A DNA stretch of 64,000 nt, taken from the NCBI GenBank assembly GCA_973895155.1, contig OZ316891.1, forward strand, positions 22,587,884 through 22,651,883. The letters are read 5' to 3'. This document shows, in pieces, positions 51,628-64,000 of the stretch. Under the pieces are notes generated by a model that ran no database searches, was not told the origin of the DNA, and saw only the letters and a program-made list of their open reading frames with translations. Within the stretch, counting starts at the first letter, position 1. The number at the start of each line of letters is the position of its first letter. Source of the DNA: Marsupella aquatica (taxonomy: Eukaryota > Plantae > Marchantiophyta). The position numbers were made by a program, and so were the translations under genes.

Positions 51628-54600
51628 TCAGTAGGAAATTCTAAGTAAGATCCGTGACTTCAAGGTACCAACGAGTCTTTGTATGTGCTTCATACTCCGG
51701 CCCACCCTCTCCTGCAAAATGTGAACTCTTCGTGAGAAAGAATGACGCATGACATTGCCAAAATTCATGAACAGAACATCCTGGCCAATACCCTGCAATC
51801 TTCAGCTCATAACGTGAAGGCCAAGCTATTAAGCTGATGATAATCTTCAGTATTAATATCCTGACTACTTGGTCATCTGTAAAAAGACGATCAGAAAACC
51901 AAGGCAACAGAAAACCCTGGACGCTTTCAAACTTTCAGCATGAGGAGGGACAAACAGATATACAATGTTATTAAGTACCTCTTGAATGGTCTCTAGCCTT
52001 TCGAACACAGGTATCAGTTTTTCACAAAGGGCCTTCACCTCCCAATTCCCTGCAACAGGATCAGCACTGGGAAGCTCGTATTTACCTCTACTAGTCTGTG
52101 GCAAAAGTGACCTGGAACGACAAGGTCAAGCAGGTCAGCACGAGACATAGTAGCTCAGCGCTTACGCAGGCATAAGTTTCTTGGTAAGGGAATAGAGCTC
52201 ATAAAAGCAATGGAAAATATGCGTTGACGTCTCTTGGTCATACTACTGTATCTACTATGTATACGACTCTCCTGGGATCACAATGGGATCACCCGTCCCA
52301 CCTCAGTGGCCCGCTTAAGCTTCAGTTGGCAAGCTTGGAGTTCTCTTGCAATGTGTTTGCAGCATATCCGGGTTACTTCAGAACTACCCCTGCTTCTGAA
52401 CGTACATCAATAACTACAGAAAAATGAAAGGCTCCAAACTGACCTGTTGTCAAAATGAATGTACAAAATTTCGAGGGACTGTTCGGCTAAGAAAACAAGA
52501 GATGCTATTTGGCATTCCCGACTACCAGCCGCACTACACATCTCCACCATCGCCAAATATCTCCTGTCGTGTAAAACAAACAGCACAATACCAGGGTTTC
52601 GTGAGAAGGGAATTGCACAGTAGCCAAACATTGAGAAACGAAACTGGAACGGCTGCTGTCCACTGTTGTTAAGAGTACCGTATCAAATGAATTCTAGCAG
52701 CAGCTCACCTTGTATCCAAGATAGAAGAACTTAGAACTAATCGGCAAAGAATAATGACATCTTACTCACCTCTTACGAATGCTGTCACTGCTATCTATCT
52801 GCTGTTGCTGCCCATAAGCTTTTATAATATCGTCAACCTCGTGCCTTGACAACTCGTTTACATCTTGAAGCTGATACAAAAGACCACATAGCTAACATAA
52901 TGAGGCAAATGTAATTAAGTCTTGAACTAAGAGTATCAGGGCCTACAAAATTGTCGAATTCCTCGAAACTCTGCTTGCATGTGTGGCAAGCTTGAATTAC
53001 ATGAGAACAATTCGGAAGGTAGGGTCTATATGTATTATTGAAACGGGCCAAGGCAGCTTCCATTTCTCCTAATTACTTGAATTAGGGACATCCTAGGCAA
53101 CAACAAACTTGGTGTTGCTCATCAACCTACAAGCGTAGCTTCCCTGCAAGTAGCAACTACTAAATTCATCATGGACAGTCGTTGAACAAGCATTTTTAAG
53201 ACTCTGTGGATGTCGTTTCTTCCCTTCATATACAGAAATAGAGAAGACCAACCCTTTTGAGCTAGGAGCCTCATACCTTCGCTAGAAGCAATGCCTTCTC
53301 CTCTAAAGCGGATTCCAAATCTAAGGATGTCTGGAGGAGGAGACTAGCAATAGTGCCCAAGGATGGATGCCTATGCTTCTCCTGCACATACCGTCCGCCG
53401 GATGCCTGCAATGGAACGGCAACCCATTCTTTCAACTTAATTCGTCGTCCAGGGAAATCACAAGACTGATCCTCCGCATCTCACTTTTTAGTGCCTAGCT
53501 TACCTGATTATAAGCTTACAGAAATTATCATGCCTGCTTGTTAAACCAACCTTGGGACTCGCGAATGCCAATTGCAAACCCCGCCTAGTCACCATACTGT
53601 ACAGAAATGAGATTAAATTGCAGCGAACTCTTGCTACCAGAAGCTCCATCTTTCTCGATGTCTACAGGAGTTCACACCAACCACCTTTGTCAGCAAAATA
53701 ACAACTCCCAAATAAACTCATTCCTCCGCCACACAACGCACCTGCGATATCCTGCAAGATCAACTCAGCTGCGAATGCAATGGAATCTCCAACGATAAAA
53801 TTAGCAGAATTGCACACCAAGAAACTCCAATCTTGCTTCATTCCAGGTCCTCTCAAAATGTCAGGTCAGATAATGTCCGGCCTTCCCCTTATCCTAGCAC
53901 TTTTACATTGACTGCCAAGACAAGATATCATGCGACTAGAAGACTCTCGCGTTGTCTAAGTCTTCCTACTATTGAGAATATGTCTGCAACCGAATGTGTT
54001 CCCAATGAAGCTCTCGGACTGGAAACCATTTCCTGATTGACAGAAGGCAACATATTTTTCATGTAGAACCTCGAAAAGTTTACGCCTAAAAACGGAATCA
54101 CCTACAAAAACAAGCAATATGTGGTATTACCTCTCGAGCCCCGGCGGAAAGCTCCGGATTTCTATCGACCTCACAGATATGCTGTACAAACCGATTTCGG
54201 GACTCCGTGGTTTCCAAAAAGTAGTCGATGGACAGACTGAACAATGCTGGTGTGAATGCAGGATCCAGAGCATCTTCACAGGGCCACACCTAGTTGGAGG
54301 ACAAATAAACAGTGGTGAGACGTTGATCTGCAATATCATAAAGGACATGAACGTAAACAAGACGGAAGGACAAATATGGACAAGAATTCCAAGCTTACCC
54401 CGGAGGAACACAAGCAACGAATGGAAAGAGCTATTACCTTACTCAAAATCGATGTGACTAGATGAATCTCTTCCAAATCAGACAGTTGAACAGATCGAGT
54501 TTCATTTGCAATGATGTGGAAAAAAAGACCTTGATGCTCTTTCACAAACTTTATAATTTCCAACACTACCTCATCTTGACCCTGTCCCCACACCACAGCA

Positions 54601-57600
54601 AAACGACGATGAGAATGAAATTGAGTTCAAGAAAGGCATCTACACTGTACACATTACTTGAATTTTGAGGCTTCTGTTCTAAGGTGAGCACCATAACACG
54701 AAGCAGCTTCTACCGACGAAACGCAAGATGTTCCGAAAAGAAAAGTGGACGTCATAACGCTGGACACTCAATACCTCACAAGGGTAAAAAAAACCTTCGA
54801 AATTTGTCCTCAGTTCATGGAAGATAGATAACGAACCTTTTCAATGGAAGCCGAAGTGTCCACAAGGGCTGTGAAGCACAGAATGAGTCGAAGAACGGGA
54901 GCCACAATTTGGTGTTGACGTTCACGCAGTGACGGTAAGCCAATCCCTACTTTCATCACCTTTTCTGATGATGATTCGTCCTGAAATATATAATATCAGA
55001 TTAGGCCCGCAGAATTCCTGACACACGCCATATTTCCACTGCAAAAATTACAGATGTGCCTTTTGGTTGACTACCCACCAAAAGGCACATCACAGAAGCC
55101 GCTCAGGCAATAGCTGCCCCTGTTTCCTTGAACAGTTTCCTAGTCTACCTACATCCTCACGATTATTTTGAAAATCTATCTGTAGACCTTTCTTTAAGAA
55201 AGGCAAAAGAGTAGTTGTCACTATAGAATCAGCCGATCGTGTCTACCTTCATCATCCCAAATCTTACTATGACGAAGAACTTTCTAGCCATTTCATGCCA
55301 CTCATTGCATTTTTTTGTTCATCCCAAAATAACCAAAAGCCTAACCCCACGGAGGACACCAGTGTAACTTACAGTAAATAGTACATTAAGTGCTCTGCAG
55401 GACGACAAATGCCGAAGTGCACCCATGGCAAAGAGCGCTTGCGCTCCTCTTTTTTTGCTTTGATAGCCGACTCTCAAAAGTAATGCCATCTCTGATTCCA
55501 AGGTGTAGTGTCGACGAACAGATTCAGGAGACGGAAGGAGAACAGCCTGCAAGGATCAGAGTGTCATTAAACGCTTAAGAACTGCGTTATTGAGAGATCC
55601 TCGTACTTTTTATCTCGTATGTAGACGAACATGGCTACTTGTACTATGCTTACAGTAAACTTACAGCTCCAGTTCTATAAGCTAATGGTAAACCTCAAGA
55701 ATGAACAAAACTAAGCGCATATTGAACATGGCTCATCTTACTATTGATCAGCATGGCTGAATCACCACGGCACATCGTTGCTCACTAGTTAGGAAGACAC
55801 ACCTGGTAAGAATTGGTGCTTATATCAGTCAAGCATGACTGGAGCAAACCCCGGCTCTGGAGCTGGCTTAGGAAAACTTGTTGATGATCCAAGCCCAGTA
55901 AGGCATCAAGGACATAATAAGCCATTGCCTTGCCCACTTCACTTCCGTGAGTAGCATCCCTTACAATCTTGGAAAGACATGTCCAGTCTATAGTTAGTTT
56001 GATAGATAATTCATCATTCAAGTTGCAATAACAGTTCTGTCACAAAACAGGAAAGGAACTTAGAAACCGTGCTTTGCTGAAAGTTATGTCGATAACAATG
56101 GTTGAGAAAAGTACCACATCCATAAGTGCTGTTGCTTCTCTTCTGAGAATTGAAAAATTGATCTGGGCAAGATCTGATTGGTCCCTGTCCAGCTGAGCAT
56201 CCAACCCAGACAAATTTGGTTACGAATGGAAAATTTTTAAAAAGCAATCATTTAATCACAGCTTTAGGGGAACCAATTAACGCAGATTTCTGAACTGTTT
56301 CGTAATACATCGTCGTATATCCCGGAATTTCCTTCCCTTACTTTCTCTATCTCAGCGTCTTCTTCACCATCCCTGTCGTCCAGCAAAAGAGTACGCATCA
56401 CTGACAACGGAAGATCGCGATTGATCATTCCTTGGCAATAGTGCAAATAACTCAAAATCGTTGCATATTGCCTGTGCATGTTCAAGAACCAATATCTAGA
56501 TTAGTGAATCCGTGAATAAAATGAGAGACAACGCCATCATCCGCTATGAAATAGTGGACGCAGCCAAACCAGAAAATCTGGTTTCTACACAAATACCGTC
56601 TCCATACCAGGTGTGAAAATGAATCTTTCAAACCATTCATTTGAATGTACTATTACATTATACAGGCTATAACTCTGGATTGAGCTGTACAATACCTTCG
56701 CCGTAGAAACTCGGAAGATTCCGGCCGGAGAACAAATGCAATGAGCTTGGATAATACTGTATGGCAGGCACTATTCGATAGCCGCACAGTGGACAATAGA
56801 TCCATGTATGTTACGTCGTCTGTACTTTCTCCTTCACCAGGGGACACCATGCTCTGCTCTTGTAGCTTGGCCATTGTAGTCATCACCACCTAATAGAAAT
56901 ACCAAAATTAAGAAAGTACTACCTCACCTCAGAGAGTGACGAACATATCTAAGAAGGGCTTTCAAGGGACACTTAACTGCAGCCATATCACAGAGGTAGG
57001 TTGCCAGTAATCTAGGTACTTTTGTGGTTGTTCATCCAGTACACCATTTATATTCATACAAAGCACGGTACGAAGAATTAGAACTGTCAGGTAACATTGA
57101 TATTGATTCCCTACCTGGGACAGGGTTAGAGCCATCCCAAGAGAACAATCCGGTAATATACTTGCAGTTAGGCAGGCATCCAATAGCCTGCATTCCGAAA
57201 ACATTGTGAACGATCAGATGAGTCCATCAGAGATCCTTGTATCCAAGATTGGGTGAGGAATACTTCAAAGTGTATAGAGCTCACTCTCACGAAAGTTTGA
57301 ATTTTGAATATGGCTGAACGATGAGATAAGCTGGCAATGGATGCACATTATACTCGAAACCAAAGTGGACTAATATCCAGCTACAGAGTTTGTTGGTGCG
57401 ACCTTCCTGAATGATACTCGAAGAAAAGACAAGCTCGTGCCAAGTAAACTTTAAAGAAAACTCACTCGTACAAAATTTGTGACCGACTGCTTAGAAACTC
57501 AAATCTGCGAGATAGAGCCACCTGTACAATTAAATACAAGAATAGATTAGGACCTAGAGATCCAAAATGTGAAGTTCGATACTTCCATCCAAAGCCAAAA

Positions 57601-60600
57601 TTCTCTCTAAGAATTGTTAGGACAGTAGCATATCTAGAACCTCCGTAAATGATTGGTTGGTTTTCTAGCGAAAGCACCTCCGCAAGTTGCGCCCAGCCCA
57701 CAAGCATGTGCAGCTGAGCAGCTTGTTCTTCTAGGTTTTTGTTCCGCTTCCAAGCCCATCGCAGAATTTTCTGTACGGCTTCCCTTAGTTCTAGCTGCCT
57801 TTCTGCATTTACCACCAGGTTATATTTCACCTCCAGTTGTCGATACTCCTGCATGATGTGCAAGTGGGATATGTTACCAAGTCGCTAAAGTCCATCCGCA
57901 GTAACCAACTGTCACAGTGACAAAGGAATGCGGTAACTTCTTGTCTGGACAGTCATGGAGTCATTTCGAAGACGACACTTGTGTTATTCATTCATTTTGT
58001 CTCAGCTCTGCAAACAATTAGTGCTTAGTCACTCAACCCTGGCAAAAACAACCCGGCTCGATAGTCCTCTACCGGGAAGCACAGATTTCACCACTTTCGA
58101 CGGTGCATTCTCTCCGGGTGATCGGATAAAATAAGGCACTCACTGGCAGGATTAACTACACAGAGGACGACTGGCTCAAGTAACATTCTGTTTTGAGCAG
58201 CTCCTCCAATCTCAACACCCATTCCAAGGAGGTTTTACACGTCTGCCTCACGCCGCTTCAGTTCTACACGCACCTTTCCTGATGCAGTCCTTGGGATTTA
58301 AAAAAATTCACACTTGCTAGGATGGCTAGCTTATAAAGATCCTTAATGCTGCTGAGTTGAGACTAGGAAGAAATCTTCCACCACTTGTACCGCCCCTAAA
58401 TGTCTTGAGGTGCTAAGTTTTAAGTAAAACTGCTCCTTGTAACGAAATAATTGGCTTTTTCTTCGTCTTCAGCTTTGACGAGGCTTCAGAGCTGCTACTG
58501 TTGTTCATTTTCGGCCCATACGCTTGCCTTTGGAATCCCTCCAATTTCCACTTTTAAGATAGAAAACCCACTTAATCCACCCAAACCAAAAATCTTGAAA
58601 GAGACATAATTTTAAGAACATGTAAGAATACGCAAAAATAGTCGGGTTACTGATTCGTCGAAATCCATCCACTGTATACCTGCCATAGAGCGTCTCCGAG
58701 AGCAGCCAAATCAATCAAGCGATCCCCACGCTCTGACAAGTGGTAAACCCCTCCCTCTTCTACAGTTGCAGGATTGTCAAGGATCTCATCTACCTGAACC
58801 AACAAAATCAATGACGTTACCATGTGCCCTAATCTAGACTAGTTGAATTAAACCTTGAAAACCACGGATCCCTCAAGTACAGAAAATCTGAGGTCCAGGC
58901 TAAGCAGTACGTTAAAGAGAAACTGTTGGGCATGAACCCCTGGAAGTGGTAGGAATGAAGTTGTGCAAACGTAATTCTTTCACAATATGACAGACGACAG
59001 TAATCATCTAATATGGCTGAGAATTTACTAGGACCCTGGAACCTGGGAAACAGCTCAGGCAAGCACCATAAACATGCAATCGATATTGAAGCTAAGTACA
59101 AACTCACCTTAAGCTCCTCCTTCCGAGCTTGCAAGTCCAAAGGAAGCTCCTGCTGGGTTTCTGGCAGTGGGAACTGAAGCATGTCAAGAAGCTCGAGGAC
59201 CTGTTATGAAAACAGCACTGATGGTTGTTAATAATTATCTTTCAGTCTGAATCAATACTGCATATTGGCCTGCCTTTCTGTCTGAAAAACAAGGTCAAAT
59301 TGTGTTCAAGAGCAGATGAAATTGTTTACGTTTATCAGGAAGGGAAACGTCAGCCTCGAAAATTCCATCGAGGAACTTTGCTAGCCAATTCTCTCTTAAT
59401 AGCACTTGCTGCTAGTTCTCCTCATGTTTGACTCTTGTGCTCACCTTCCTGCCTAGATTAGGGAAGCTTCTAGATCAAATCTGTTATAGAATGAATTGGT
59501 ATTGCAGGCGCTGACGTACTTTGATTTTGAGAAGACCATCTGAAGGCCCATGTCCGGCATTCAACAAGCTTGAGGGCACCTCCTTATCTGAGGCAGGTGC
59601 GCTTTGAAGGAAGAGACCAGAAATTAATTGGCGGCAGCTTTCCCGGTGAGGAAGGATGTCCATATCACCGACATGTAACTCCAGAGCTAAGAGCTTAAGA
59701 AGCCATGCTCTCTGCCAAAAGAGCACAGTAACGAGCAACAGTCAGAAAAGCAAACTGGAAGAAAGAGACACTATGATCAATAAGTGCAACCGGCGATCTA
59801 GGTTAACAATTACCATTTAATGGTCACCCCACCATCTGGAGTCATCAAAGGAAGATTCTTTTCAAATCAAGAGAGCAGAAAATGGACAATCTTCAAAATC
59901 ACGTTCCCGGTAAAAATCAAGCCCGACATGAATAGCACCAAGACAGAGGTCAACAAATACCTGTTGCAGGCTGCTCACACGAAAGGATTGATTGCTGTTT
60001 CGGGCTGGAAGAGCTTCTCTTGCAAACTTGTCTAGATGCTGCATGTTCATTAGACACAAGATCTATCAGACCCAAAGTCATACCACAACCAAGAAAGAAC
60101 AAATTATTATGAACCTACCATTGTCAACAAGCTACAGTCTGAGTAGCTTGTTTATCTCAAATAAACCGGCCAATGGATGATTCTTTCCGAGGACAGCACG
60201 GACATCTCGACCAGGAAATCAAGATTGGCAAAATGTGTTGTCAACTAACTTACTTCAGGTCCCACTACGTTGAACCGACAGACATTCGTCCTCAGAATTA
60301 GAGCATAGTTTGTGTACAGCATATTAAATCTTCTTAAGTAGTTTTACGTAACTGATCTCTGAGGCCATAACAGGACGTGAAGATACCATGGGTAGTCATC
60401 AACACCGCTGTTGATTATCTTTTAATCTGACAACCGCAGGTTTGCTCTGGCCCTTCCCCCAAAACTAGGGTGTAAAGCGTCGAGGAAAAACTAAGTCAAG
60501 GATTCATGAACAGCGTTCCTCTAGACATATCTCATGAAGGTAAGCACTGCCGATGTTTCTTTGAAAGAAAACATTAGTTTCACTTCTCCCATGCCGCTAC

Positions 60601-63600
60601 ATAGTATCTATGACTTTATGATTAATTTAGTCAAAAACATACAAAATCAATTAAGATAATTCCACCAATTGACTATGCAAAGCACACCTAGCTGTCTCAA
60701 ACCTCTTTAACCAATTTACGACTATTTGACGCAGCTTCAAGACATGAGTTCAAGGCTCAGAAGTGCTTTGAAGATTTAGATCGGTACCTTTGCAAAGAAA
60801 TTGTATTTCTCACTGCGGAGAAGTTCTACTGTAGCAGCAGAAGTGACCCCATCCACACATAGCTCGTACATTAACTACACAAACAATTTCCTGTAACTGA
60901 TCAGTGTTGAAGTCAAAAGCGAGGACAACCCAACTAAACATGTCACTTCTTCATTTTTGACTTCATTCAATACATCCTAGTGGTTTGATCAGTTTCCAAC
61001 ACAATCTGCAATAAATAATGAATAGGGACAGCATACAGAAAACGGAAAAGGTATCCAAGCATGCATCACTAAGATATCTGCAGGGGAACCAACTTAACCA
61101 AAAAGACAATTCAAAAACAGAAGCCAAACTCATCACCAACGAGCTACCTTGCCTACTAAACTTCGTTCTGTCCACCCAGGGTGCAAGGCTAAAGTAGGGT
61201 GCTAATCGAACAACCATACCAGTGCCGTTACTAATGCGCCACTCAACAATATACTCGGATACTAACCTGAAACCCTAGTTCATGAAGGCCCGCATTTACT
61301 TCAGGTTTCGAAAGAGAATCCAAAATGTCCAATATCACACGTAAACAACTGCAGAGATACAAGAATACTTTCAGCACTGAACATATGCTCACAAGATTAA
61401 CTAATATACATAAGACCAACCCAAACTTTCCATTAACTTATCCCAATTCAACAAACAGACTCGGCTGTTCTTGAATCAAGATAAACTGAACACAGAGCAT
61501 GGCAATCCCTTTACATTTAAATAGTCCTGACGACGTGGAGGGTGACATCAAAACGTAAATCTACAGACGGCACAACATAGGTCAACCAAAGTCACACTTA
61601 CCTGAAATGTCGTTTGGGCTGAAGAACAGTGCGTTCTACAGGCTGGTCCACATCAAATCTCAGTAGAAGGTGGCTGATGTTTGGAGCTGGTTTACCCAGG
61701 TTGTCAAGAAGGAGCTACAATACCACGAAAACATATTAGGCCGCTCACGCCCACATGATGTCAAATGCCAAGTTTGGAATTTGCATTCCCCTGACTATAA
61801 ACATATGAGAATCTCCACCATCTGATATATAATGGCAAACCAAACTACAAGAAAGACGACTATCAATCAGATGAATGTCACGGAGCATTGTCAAACAAAT
61901 AAATGACGAAGGCCATGCAGAAATCCATTAAGTGGACGTGTTTCCTTTATTCTTCTGGTCCAGACTAGATGGTCACTCAGCTAAAATCATCTTCAATAAT
62001 CCAAGATTCAGAGGTTGGCCCGTGTCATACCCTAAGAATTAAAGACCCAGTATCATCATCTGGACTGTCGGGAGCCTCAGCTTCTAGGCTGCGTGATTCC
62101 AGGCATGCAGCATAGTCCTCCACCAACGTCGTCCCTAAACGAGTCTCCAGTATTACTGAGACGAGCTGTGGCATGCGCGAGCTGCAGCAAGGGTGACACT
62201 TACCTTAGCAAGGAAAGGGCATACCACAATCTATGTACCACCAGCTGAATCACACGCAGTAAATTGCTCTCCCCGTAGGACTATGGAAAGTGAAGCCTCT
62301 CAGACTTGTTAAGCTGAACTGTCACTGGGATAGCTATTATGCAACGCTGTCATGTTACCTGAGGATACCCATTATTTTAATCGAGAATTGTTGAATCTTG
62401 GGAGACATATCATAGCGCACATATTCTAAAAGTGTGATTACTTGTCGAATATCGTGTGACAACGTCAAAACAAGAGGCTGCACACAAAACAGTGTCTTTC
62501 TTAGAATTTTTAACCAATGATAGAGCTCCCCAGAAGCAACCTAATACAATTCTGGTCGAATTGGAACATCGGCGACAATTGGACAATCAAGTACATAAAG
62601 GCACAAGTTTGAGGGTGTACTTGATAAACTGGGCGCCAGTGTTCAGCATAGGGACCATCTTTCGTCAAAGCAAGAAGAAAGATTTGTAGACAAAGCTGAA
62701 CGGCTTCCTCAAGAAATGGACCATGAAGTTTACTTGTTCGCTCATCGATAACAGTGTTTACACCTAACATTAGGATGCTCATCATATTTCGATAAATAAC
62801 TTTACCGCTCATGAGATCCTAGATAACCACAATCACGAGCATTGGTTAGTAAGGGAACCCAATGGTGCGTAAAATTCAAGACGGATTTTTCTCCTTGGCA
62901 AAGCACCACGAAATAGTGTTTGCTTTGTCAAAGGTAAAACAAAGAAACTAGGGGTAGGGGATACAAACCACAGATGAAAGCTGTAACAACTAGGCGAAAA
63001 TAACCTTATCATACAAAAGGCACGGGTAATGTCGGATTTCAAAGACATTTAAAAACAGCAGTAAGAATCCCACTCTGGTGATGTAATCCAGTGGAGCAAC
63101 TGGCACTACCACTGACAGAGTTCCGCACAGCTTTCACCTCTGATGCAGTCTTCTATCAAGGCTGCTTCAATTATGAAAACACTACAGGGGACGGTAAGAT
63201 CACACAGCCAAGTTGTGATTTATATCTGCGCAATTCTGTCGTCGTTCCTTATTGATGGACCCATCAGTCAAACAGCATCTGGCTTGGAACCACATGAAAG
63301 TACGAAAGTACAACTCCATGTATGAATAACTTACAATAAGACCCACTGAAAGCTGACAAGAAATATCCCTTTCCACTTGAGAGAATACTACATAAGAAAA
63401 TATGGACCATAGAGCAAAACCTTCATCAACTCAGCAGTTGGCAGACGACCCAGGGGCGACAGTCCATCAGAAACCCCATTTTGGGGAAGAAGAGCATAAT
63501 CTGTACTGCTTCTGATTTCTTCGTCTGATAGCTGGTACACACTCAACAATCTGTGTTCACCGCAAAGTCCGAGAAATGGCAATCAGTATATCATGGTCAA

Positions 63601-64000
63601 TTTCTTGAGAGTCGATGGGAATTGACATGTCACCATGGGTATAGTCCACCGCAAATATGCTCATCCATATAGAATAGCAGCATCTGGGCCGAAGAAGGTT
63701 CTGTCAACAGGATATTTCAAAACAAATTCCAAGACTGTCATAAAAATCGCACATTTGGAAATGCGTGAGCGCAGCGACGACCAGCTTCCATTTTTCAACT
63801 GAATCAGAATATGCTCGTTGAGCAAACGGAGCAAATACTTGGTCACGTACAAAGCTGAAGATCCCAATATATCTGCGACAGAACAACAAAAATTCAACTC
63901 CCAAAGGCAAGCTTAGACACGTTCAAGAATTCCGACTGGAAACTGGCCATCTGACAGAGGAGATGGTGATTTCCTCATGGACACATTCTGGAGATTCTAT
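51628..64000 (-). CDS. NUP205: Nuclear pore complex protein Nup205 (5' part lies beyond the window)
   Basis: Exons read FVRDQVFAPFAQRAYSDSVEKWKL, RAWLLKLLALELH, SERGDRLIDLAAL, NKNLEEQAAQLHMLVGW, CHTVLSKLI..SSEFLRRR and RYLAMVEMC. The last exon is ERVGRSMKHIQRLVGTLKSRILLRISY, with the stop at 51628. Confidence 0.93.
55053..55091. repeat. Perfect 15-bp hairpin in a Nup205 intron
   Basis: gatgtgccttttggt - tgactaccc - accaaaaggcacatc. Confidence 0.85.

Noticed and set aside
58020-58500. Possible structured ncRNA in a long Nup205 intron
   Set aside because: Only short stems were seen, with no convincing snoRNA boxes or known RNA motif.

Overview
This is eukaryotic nuclear DNA from a seed-free land plant, probably a liverwort or other bryophyte. 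That call is an inference from plant-type housekeeping genes together with the cilium gene IFT172. Seven coding units lie on the minus strand: an intronless PLP-dependent L-cysteine desulfhydrase-like gene, a ~22 kb multi-exon IFT172, xylulose kinase, crooked-neck (CRNKL1/CLF1), a short two-domain villin/gelsolin gene, a degraded CRE-like non-LTR retrotransposon (RT plus restriction-like endonuclease), and the 3' part of Nup205. Intergenic DNA is rich in local tandem duplications. The best leads are three. (1) A 254-aa G1-G2-only villin looks like a retrocopy, and its single intron is bounded by an 11-bp direct repeat containing AG|GT, the signature of intron gain by insertion. (2) A 3'-UTR motif of the CRE-like element (GGGATCATGTCTCC) recurs elsewhere in the window, as a 46-bp tandem array upstream of xylulose kinase and in an A-tailed non-coding fragment. 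(3) The RT has VADD instead of YxDD. Exon boundaries were read by eye and need RNA-seq confirmation.
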